This document shows, piece by piece, positions 52,587-61,000 of a DNA stretch of 64,000 bases. Each line of letters begins with the position of its first letter. Within the stretch, counting starts at the first letter, position 1. Origin of the DNA: Glycera tridactyla. Lineage: Eukaryota. Under the pieces are notes generated by a model. That model saw only the letters and a list, made by a program, of their open reading frames with translations, was not told the DNA's origin and made no database searches. The DNA lies in NCBI GenBank assembly GCA_965644265.1, contig OZ286468.1, forward strand, positions 62,620,001 through 62,684,000. The letters are read 5' to 3'. The position numbers and the translations under genes were made by a program.

Positions 52587-54499
52587 ATCAGGAGATTGAG
52601 GTGCCCCTGGAGAGGGTGTGTTCTTTTTGGATCGTGTGGCAATTGAATTGTTTCGTTTGTGACCAGTATTTCAATTGGATTTTGGACTAGGCATTTCAGA
52701 AGTTGTCCGAACCATGCGGCAGTTGGCCAATTTGGGGTTACCAGTATCGCCTCCACCTTGTCCAGTTGTATCCTTTGCAGGACTTTTGCCACCACACTGA
52801 AAGGCGGAAAACAATAAATCAGTTCATATTGTCTCCAATCTAGGAGGAAAGCATCAACGGCAACAGCAAAAGGATCATAATGATAGGACACGTAGGCATC
52901 AACCTTCTTATTCAGTCTAGAAGCAAACATGTCAATCGTTGGTCTAACTTTGAGTACTTTACATCCTGTTTGAAAAATGCTATTCTTTAAGCTCCATTCC
53001 GTTCTATCATTGAACAATCTACTCAAATTGTCAGCCACTTCATTTTCTACACCTGGAATATGGGTGGCTGTTAGCTGTACTCTAAGATTTAGAGCCCATA
53101 GCCACAATCGCCTGGCCTCCTCATTGCAGGTATTTGATCTACATCCCCCTTGGTTGTTAATGTATGTAACTGTGGTGGCATTGTCAGAGAAAATAAGTAT
53201 GTGTTTTCCAGCAACTAATCTCTGCAATGCTTTCAGTCCTAAGAAGACTGCCCGCAATTCTAAAACATTTATGTGCAGTTTTTGTTCATTTTCATGCCAT
53301 CTACCCTGTGCATTGTCCTTCGTGTTCTCACAGTGAATGCCCCATCCTATAAGTGATGCATCCGTTTTCATATTCAACTGGACTGGTATTGGTAACAGTC
53401 TTCTAGGCTCATTTTTAGCTACTGATAACCACCACCTGATGTCTGGTAAAATTTCTTGTGGGGTGGAGAACTTTCCCTCGAGATTGCCCTTCATTTCCTT
53501 GACAGCCTGGTTTCTGTGTCGCTCTAGTCTGTGTTTGAATAGATTCCCATTTTCCACCCCTGGTATGCAAGCCTGCATGGTGCCTAATAGCTCCATGGTT
53601 TGTCTGATGGTGGCTTGGTTGTGTACTAACGGGCGTGCTCTCTCACACAGTTTTTCTGATTTATCCTTGGTTATAGCTGCCGTCATATCCTGTGTATTTA
53701 GTGTAAAACCTAGGTGTTCAATGCACTGGGTAGGGTATACTACTGATTTTTTGTCATTCACCACAAATCCCAGAGATCTCAAGAGTTCTATGGTATAGGT
53801 TCCTTCTTCCCGGCATTTTTGTTCTGTGTCACACTGTAACCAAATGTCATCCAGATAGATGGAAGTGGTAATCCCTCTCGCTCGTAAATGCGCCATAATG
53901 GGCTTTGTGATCTTCGTGAATATTCGGGGGGACGGTGATAGTCCCATGGGTAGAGCTCTGTATTGGTAATGCTTCCCACCCCATTTGAAACGTAAATATT
54001 TCCTATCAGATGGGTGAATAAGGATGCTGTAATATGCATCCTGTAAATCAATCGACATCATCCAGTGATTGGGCTGCATCAGCTGCATGCAAGTTGTCAG
54101 TGTGTCCATTTTGAATTTTTGTTTCTCCATGAACTTTTTAAGTGGTTTCAAATTTATGATAAGTCTATACTGGCCCAGTGTTTTCTTGGGTGTGAGGAAT
54201 ACGGTTGAATAATAGTCACCCTCCTCTGGTAAGCATACCTCTATTACATTGTTTTTCAAAAGTTTCTGTATTTCATGTTCCAGAGGGCGCCTAAGGTGTT
54301 GTTGCACTATGGTGGGTGGTCTCTGGAGTTGCTGTGGTTTTTTGCTGAACTCTATCCTCAGTCCCGTGGCTAGTATGCGCAGGATGTATTGGTTTGATGT
54401 GATTGTCCGCCAAGTTTTCATGCAATGCTGGGTACCTCCTGTCATAGTATTTGAGCTGGTACTTACATTTGTAGGAGGTGTTGCTCTGTCGAGTGCCAT
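52409..54499 (-). CDS. DIRS ORF2, reverse transcriptase - RNase H - N6-adenine methyltransferase-like domain
   Basis: 696-aa ORF. RT motifs RLIINLK, SIDLQDAY, LPMGLSPSPRIFTK, YLDD. RNase H motifs TDAS..GWG, HINVLEL, SDN, HIPGVENEVADNLSR. MT-like region IDMFASRLN...DAF...YCFPPF...PNWPTAAWF. Confidence 0.95.
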   Translation of the reverse strand: MALDRATPPTNVSTSSNTMTGGTQHCMKTWRTITSNQYILRILATGLRIEFSKKPQQLQRPPTIVQQHLRRPLEHEIQKLLKNNVIEVCLPEEGDYYSTVFLTPKKTLGQYRLIINLKPLKKFMEKQKFKMDTLTTCMQLMQPNHWMMSIDLQDAYYSILIHPSDRKYLRFKWGGKHYQYRALPMGLSPSPRIFTKITKPIMAHLRARGITTSIYLDDIWLQCDTEQKCREEGTYTIELLRSLGFVVNDKKSVVYPTQCIEHLGFTLNTQDMTAAITKDKSEKLCERARPLVHNQATIRQTMELLGTMQACIPGVENGNLFKHRLERHRNQAVKEMKGNLEGKFSTPQEILPDIRWWLSVAKNEPRRLLPIPVQLNMKTDASLIGWGIHCENTKDNAQGRWHENEQKLHINVLELRAVFLGLKALQRLVAGKHILIFSDNATTVTYINNQGGCRSNTCNEEARRLWLWALNLRVQLTATHIPGVENEVADNLSRLFNDRTEWSLKNSIFQTGCKVLKVRPTIDMFASRLNKKVDAYVSYHYDPFAVAVDAFLLDWRQYELIYCFPPFSVVAKVLQRIQLDKVEAILVTPNWPTAAWFGQLLKCLVQNPIEILVTNETIQLPHDPKRTHPLQGHLNLLMCHVSGERWKSYKYQMKLKELSWDHGEQVPSSSISPIWTNGRGFALNGSWIPITQLKTI

Positions 54500-54501
54500 C
54501 G

Positions 54502-56487
54502 CTACATTGGTCTGCCACGTGAGCCTCTTCTGTATTTATGCAGACTATTACCATAGTCAGAATAGCCTGACTGGGAAGAAGTGCCAGGGTTGGGGTTGTC
54601 TGAAGTGCTTCGTTTCTGTCCCCTGCCCCTGCCTGTGCCAGATTCTAGGTTTTTGCTCTCCTCCTCTCTACCCTCACTCTGGTGCCAACAGCCACGTGCT
54701 CTGCCTCGATTACCGCGTCCGCGATTTCCTCTATCGAACCTCGAGATGCGTTCCGATATAGCCTGGGATTCTGCTACTTCTTTTAATTCTTTGGCAATGT
54801 CCCCGAACAACAATTTACCAAAGGGGATCTTTTTTGCACAAAGTGCCCTATAAGGCCCCAGCTGCGGTCGCAGTGCAAAACGTCTTAATAAAGTGAGTTC
54901 AATTTGAGCCGCTGCCAGTGATTGTAGCGTAGTTAGTAATTTGGTCGCCAAATCGCCGTTTGATGGTGCCTTGTTCACGAGCAAGTCATTGAGCAAATAT
55001 ACTAAAGGGGTTGCACCTTTTGAGACCAAAATTTGAACCTGTCTCCTTTTGAAATCCGCATTTCTTGGGAAATCCTCCATGCGGGCCATTATTTCAGTAT
55101 TGGTTGTAGGAGGTCGGAGTTCTGTGACATTTTCTGGTACTAGTATATTTTTTACCAGGTTCTCAATCGCCTCCTTAGTGAGTTTTGAAGTTAACATTTC
55201 TTTGATTTTAACCGCCAATTGTTCTGAAATTCCAGGGCCTGTTCTGCCCTCTTCTAGATAATCATCATCCGTGGAATGAAGTAGTCGCAAAATGTTATTA
55301 TTCAAATCATCATTTGCCGGGAGTGGCCCCCCTGTACCACCTGGCAGCTGTGCCTCCTGCTCATGTAACAGCGTGTTATGGGACGGAACACTCTGCGTTA
55401 CAGCTGGAGCTGTGTGTCTATCTGATGGGGGAAACATATCAACTAATTGGCTTGCTACTGTTGTCAGCCCACCTTGCTCCACCACTGTTTGTGTTACGTT
55501 TTTGTCTGTATCTGCCTTTTTCGTCTTTGTTGATTTATTCTTTTGTTTAGCGTCCTTTCGTTCCTGGAATCTGACCTTTGGCAAATCCGCTTGCCTCTTA
55601 TCTGTCACCGGTAGCATACGCGGGTCTTGTGGTGGATCTAATTCATTCGCTGCGAGTGGAATGTTTGGCACGTGCCCGGTGGCTCCCTGAGGCCGAGTTT
55701 GATTAGATGCTATCTTAGCCACATCATTTGATGTAACTTCATTCTCAGGGTCTGAAATATCTTCATAGTGCCCTGCATAGTAATCAGCTGGGTCCATGTC
55801 TGAGTCCTCCTCATCAGAGGAAGATATTTCATGTTCTTTCTGTGTATTATTTTCTGTCTGTACTGGCTCCACCGGCCCCGAAACGCCCGCAACAGGCAAG
55901 TTATTTTTATTTGCTTCTGAAGCAGCCACTGTCTGCACAATTTGTGTCAATAAGGCTTGCATTTGCTGTTTGAATGGTTCAAGCTCTCGTCTGATCAGTT
56001 CTGAGTGGCTTTGGTCTAAAGTAGGGCTAGTGGTCATAACTTCCAGTGGACCCTGGTCTTTCTCTAGGGGAGTTGTTTGTTCTTGTGATTGCGTTAGTAG
56101 TAGGTTTTCAACAGCCGAGATTGTTTCTTGGCTATCATATTCACGTTCAGTGTCATGCAATTCATTTGAGTTTGTGTCTATCAAGGAGGCTTCTGCTTCT
56201 GAAAAGGCCTGAAGAATGGTAGAAGTGGCATTACTTGTCTCAGACTCTGGCACAGGCAAGGTAGGGTTAATTGCTACACGTTTGCTTTTACGTGGTTTTT
56301 TGGAGGCATTTACCTGCTTTTTTGCTTTTCTGTCAGTATATTCACAATATGTGTCCTCTGGCACTCCTTCTCCATTTGACTTATCCTCCATGGTGTAGTC
56401 ACTTAACTCACTTTTCACTTTAGTGAATATGGGGCAGGTTGGCACATGTGTCGTGTTTGGCTTCCAAGTAGGAAAAGGCAGATTCAC
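54502..56487 (-). CDS. DIRS ORF1, gag-like protein
   Basis: 661-codon ORF; the first ATG gives MEDKSNG about 32 codons in. GPGISEQLA...PENVTELRPPTTNTEIM...DFKRRQVQ resembles invertebrate DIRS gag; basic RG-rich C-terminus; located upstream of pol. Confidence 0.8.
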   Translation of the reverse strand: MNLPFPTWKPNTTHVPTCPIFTKVKSELSDYTMEDKSNGEGVPEDTYCEYTDRKAKKQVNASKKPRKSKRVAINPTLPVPESETSNATSTILQAFSEAEASLIDTNSNELHDTEREYDSQETISAVENLLLTQSQEQTTPLEKDQGPLEVMTTSPTLDQSHSELIRRELEPFKQQMQALLTQIVQTVAASEANKNNLPVAGVSGPVEPVQTENNTQKEHEISSSDEEDSDMDPADYYAGHYEDISDPENEVTSNDVAKIASNQTRPQGATGHVPNIPLAANELDPPQDPRMLPVTDKRQADLPKVRFQERKDAKQKNKSTKTKKADTDKNVTQTVVEQGGLTTVASQLVDMFPPSDRHTAPAVTQSVPSHNTLLHEQEAQLPGGTGGPLPANDDLNNNILRLLHSTDDDYLEEGRTGPGISEQLAVKIKEMLTSKLTKEAIENLVKNILVPENVTELRPPTTNTEIMARMEDFPRNADFKRRQVQILVSKGATPLVYLLNDLLVNKAPSNGDLATKLLTTLQSLAAAQIELTLLRRFALRPQLGPYRALCAKKIPFGKLLFGDIAKELKEVAESQAISERISRFDRGNRGRGNRGRARGCWHQSEGREEESKNLESGTGRGRGQKRSTSDNPNPGTSSQSGYSDYGNSLHKYRRGSRGRPM

Positions 56488-57253
56488 TCTCTAATCTCGC
56501 GGGATTTGGTTAATCTCACGTGATATTCTCTCTCTTCCGGTAGCTCTCTGAGTGGCCAGCCATAGTGTTCACTTTACATATTCTATTGCACTACCGACCT
56601 TCACGGCTGCCCCGCCGTCTGACCCAGTGGCCTCTTTTCAGTATTATGTAATTTTTTCGATGCCCCAGTTCTTTTTTACCCTCGTTTGCTTGGTCTCTTG
56701 ACCTGCATTCCTTGTGGGTCATGGTCTGGACATTATTCTGTCTGCCATTTTGGTCAGTTCTCACTTTGCTTTTTCCTTATTCTAGATTTATAATTCCTTC
56801 ATTTTTGGCTTGCTTAAATCAGATTCCATTTCTCTAGGCCTGTATGCCTTCTCAATAGTCAATTTCTGCATTGACATAAGTTTTTGTTTGTAATCAAACT
56901 TTTCTGTTTGTAACATGTATTCTGTGCCTATTGTTCCTTTTTAAGGACCACTTCTCTACTCAAACCACTTGCTCTGCATCTATCACAGAACCTTCATTAA
57001 TTGTTGGTCTCTCTATGGAGACTTTTTCTTTTAATCCTCGTTTCCCGTGATCAATCTGTTCCTCTCGAGGTCTGATTGTATATTTCTGTAATATCCTCCT
57101 TCTCATCATAGAGCCCATCAAAAACTAGACCCGAGGTGATGGTCATACCATCTCTGATCATATAGTCACAAGTATGTGTCTATGGCCCTTTCTCTCTAGT
57201 TTCAACTCTTTCAGGTGATTTTCACACTGCCGTGTGGGGATTTCACTGAAAAC

Positions 57254-57484
57254 CCCATGTCTCTCATACCTTTCAGTGTATGATAGCCTTATTGTTGGAG
57301 ACTGAACTCTAGTTCAGTTTCCTTTCTCTTTTTCTGGCCTCATTGAGCCTAGGGTTACTGTCAGTTATATCCCATGTCTCTCATACCCTTTCAGTGTATG
57401 ATAGCCTTATTGTTGGAGACTGAACTCTAGTTCAGTTTTCTTTCTCTCTTCCTGGCCTCATTGAGCCTAGGGTTACTGTCAGTT
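57254..57484. repeat. 117-bp tandem duplication in the DIRS 5' leader
   Basis: cccatgtctctcatacc...gggttactgtcagtt starts at 57254 and again at 57371, near-identical. Confidence 0.9.
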
Positions 57485-57561
57485 GCCAGTCACATCCCCC
57501 CCCCCCCTATTGGTGGGAGCGGGAGGTTCCGATGTTGACCGCACGAAACCATTGCACTGAC

Positions 57562-57636
57562 TGGAGCACGAAGCCAATTAACGCACTCTTATCCTTTGTC
57601 CGAAGGGGTGCACTCCGTGAAAACGGAGGCACCTGA
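57562..57636. repeat. DIRS 5' inverted terminal repeat
   Basis: Partner of 50820-50895. Contains the hairpin CTCCGT-GAAA-ACGGAG at 57613-57628. Confidence 0.85.
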
Positions 57637-57699
57637 AGCTAGCTGACTGATATGTCACTGCTCTACAGTTACTGCTTCCTTTATGCTCGTTGGAGCTGT

Positions 57700-58060
57700 T
57701 TGTGCTACGGTTGTGGTGGTGGTAGCGGCTGTGGTGGAGGAGTTGGTGGTGGTTGAGCAGCTGAGGTAGCAGGAGTGCCCCAGTGCCACCGCTATCGCCG
57801 CCACCACCGCCATCACCGCCTTCTCTGTCACCGCTGTCACCACCACCACCACCACCACCACCACCACCACCACCACCAGCAGCGTCACCAACAGCACCAG
57901 CGCCGCCTCCTCTGCCACCGCCACCGCCACCGCCACCGCCACCGCCACCGCCACCGCCACAAAACCCACCAGCGCCAGCACACCGCCACTTCAATAATCA
58001 CCACCCCCAACAGCGGCGGCAGCAGCAACAGCAACAGCAACAACAACAACCACACCATGA
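57700..58060. repeat. Composite (GGT)n / (CCA)n / (CCGCCA)n / (CAG,CAA)n tract next to the DIRS 5' end
   Basis: Direct reading. Confidence 0.9.
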
Positions 58061-61000
58061 CATACACAAACACAAACGTCGCCGCGGACACTTGCATTGT
58101 CATGACCAGCAACAGCAGCTTTCCAGCAGAGGTAAGACCAGTCAGCCTCAATGGACCTTATTCAGATGTGAATGCCTGGAAGTTTGCGTCGACCGATCCG
58201 GCTGGTTTGGTGGCCTTGTCATGATACCACATGTGTCTATCGGAAACAGCCTGTATGTTATTGACTATGACAGGCGACACACGCACGCTTCCCTGTCTAA
58301 CACAACATCTCAACATCTATTATCGTATTACATATCAATTAAGTTATTCAACTGCAAGCACCTAACGGGTCATTAAAGAGGACAAACGTCAACAGCCGCC
58401 TGGTTACCATATCTAGCACATCATTGTTACATCCTACATGCCAGCAGATGGACGCAACACCAGTCTCTCGCTCATCATTGTCCTCACAATTCACAGCACA
58501 CTCAACATGCGCAAAGTTCATAATTTTTCACTGGCAGGACAACTGGCAGGACAGTAGGCAGACAGGTGGCCGGGGAACGATATTAATAATACTCACGCGA
58601 CTTTCTTCCACACGCCTTTCTCTGAATACATGAGCAGATATACCTCCACCACGCAGATGCGGATGGAAGCTTAGAATTGCTACCTGTTCAAATATTCTTC
58701 CAATCTTGTGCAACATTACCGCATTACTTGATCAATTATCCGGGAGATTGGCCGGCGATGAACACATGAAGATGTGGACAAGAAAACGAAGGGGGTAGAG
58801 AGCAGAAATAGATAGAGAGGGGAGAAGTAGAGAGGGCTGGAGAGGGGGAGACAGACAGATAACAGACAGAGACAGGGACCGACAGACAAACACAGACCGA
58901 GAGGGGATGAGCCAAATTGGTGAACAGATAGACAGACGATCGGCAGAAAGACCATCAGCCGAACAGAGTGTTCGAGACAATCGGACAGACATAGATAATG
59001 AAAGGAAAAGAGAATCAAACAGACCGTCAGGCAAACCAACGAACAGACAGACAGGCAGAAAACAAACATACTAAGAGACAGGCAGGTGAGGGACGTGGAG
59101 AGAGGGTGCAAATTAGGTTATTGCTGCACGGACATTTGCGAGTGAGGAAGGTAGATGAGACGTGGGCAATATGCCAACAATTAGGCAACATGCCACACAG
59201 CCACGTGCACCCGACCTTTGTCTTTCACGTAAGTCACCTGCAACAGAAAGTGTTTAATGAGAAGGTGGTGGCTGGCTGCTCTGCTGGCTTACACCTCAAA
59301 CTTGATGAGGGCACGCGAGGCGTGCGGCCGCACCACATAATGGCATAATTGCTAATTGTTGACTTACTCATCATCAATTCGCGTGTACCCGTTATACCTC
59401 CTCACCAAGCCACCCACCTGACATTGTGACGTCACCGAGTTTCCTACGACAACCAGATTCACGCCAATACTATCACAACATACCTGGTCCTCACACGGTC
59501 TTCACATATCATTCAACCATCATTAAAGTTCAGTTTGTAAGTTTATTTATTGATCTATTGATGCGGGATACCAATGTTGGAGACGAGTCATACCACAGTT
59601 GTAGTTATCAGGTTTGTTTTCACTCGTCTCAGTCATGCGTCTACTTCATTTATCCGTCTTTTGAAGAATAAAACCGATGATACAATTCATCCCCCACCCA
59701 TTGCTGATCATTGCAGACCGCATACCCTGGCCTCCATAAACACGCACTCATACCCAGATTGAAGAGACACAAAAGGCCCGATTGCCGGCAGGGGTTTTGT
59801 GAAACAAAGAAATGGCGGCTAGATCAGGAACGTAGAATTCATGCATCCGAGCCGCGGAAGCCCATCTTTGTCACCTCCACAAAGTAGACATGTAGTTGTC
59901 TCTGAGAAACTCCAGAAGCACCGAGACAAGATAGATGTACAAGTGTTACACACATACAGGTGACATGCTTGCGAACATGCCGCCATGCTGTCCACGAGAC
60001 TAGAGCTGCTGACGTCCCAGCATGTCTGAAGGCATGTAATAAATCAGTCACCTGTCAGTTCCACCAATACTCAGCCCATCAACCGTCCTCGATTTAGAAG
60101 AATCCGCATCCATTATTGTAGTGGTGAGCGATATACGAGTAAATTGTTGGTTTGAGGAAGGCACGTGTCATGTAGTAGCATGGCATTATGAATGAGAGTG
60201 ACGATTAAATTTGACGTTAGTTTGTGCTATCTTGTCATGTGGCATGTGCGTCGTCACGTCATTCCAACATAAGATGGCTGTTATCAGCACATATCAGCGG
60301 CATAGACTGCCCTGTCAGCTTGATGGCTTATTACAGGATGGCGTGCGCCCTCCTCGGGCCACAGCTTCACGTTTTACCCGACAACTCTCAAGCCAAATAC
60401 ATCTGTCTCGCTGGCATATAACATGTATACTGTTTGTACACATACCACGTGGAAACCATCCAATCCCACTGAGCCTCTGCACTCAGTTATGGTCGAGGTA
60501 TTGCAGGTACCAGAGAGAGAATTCTCCCAACTAGTCTATTGTTCTGGAGTAAAACTGTGAAGGTTTGCGGTGAGTTCTCGGTGCTCCAGCTGACACGGCT
60601 GTTGAAAAACATCTCTTCTACTAACGAGTATCTAGGAACATCTTAGACGGCCCAGCTTGATATCTTCATCCAAATTCTTGGCGCGTCTCGCTGTCTTATT
60701 AAGGTTGGGTATTCAGTGAAATAATCCAACCTGGTCCTCGTCATTGGCTGATGAAGACGTCGATCATTATGTCCTCAACTTCACCAGAACCCGGTAAAAG
60801 TGTGTAGAAACGGATTTTTTTTTCAATCCGATGACAAATTTTGCGTATGTAAAGCAGCATATATTTTAGATATAAGTTCCTAGAGAATTCTGCTTAAGGT
60901 ATGAATACTGTAACCAGAATAATTATCGAATCGATGAGAGTAGGTGATGTCTCCAATTGCAGCACATAGGATTGATGATGGAGGTTTCAACAAAAGGCCT

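Larger units (their letters stand above)
50780..57636 (-). mobile_element. Full-length DIRS1-type tyrosine-recombinase retrotransposon
   Basis: Three long open ORFs in the order gag, RT/RH/MT, YR. Inverted termini at 50820-50895 and 57562-57636, 3' extension at 50780-50819, ICR at 50964-51092 complementary to both ends, and no target-site duplication. Confidence 0.95.

Noticed and set aside
50780-57636. Interpretation as a prophage/integron or LTR element
   Set aside because: The recombinase is linked to RT/RNase H with ITR-ICR ends, and there are no LTRs, DDE integrase, protease or TSD. This is the DIRS1 architecture.
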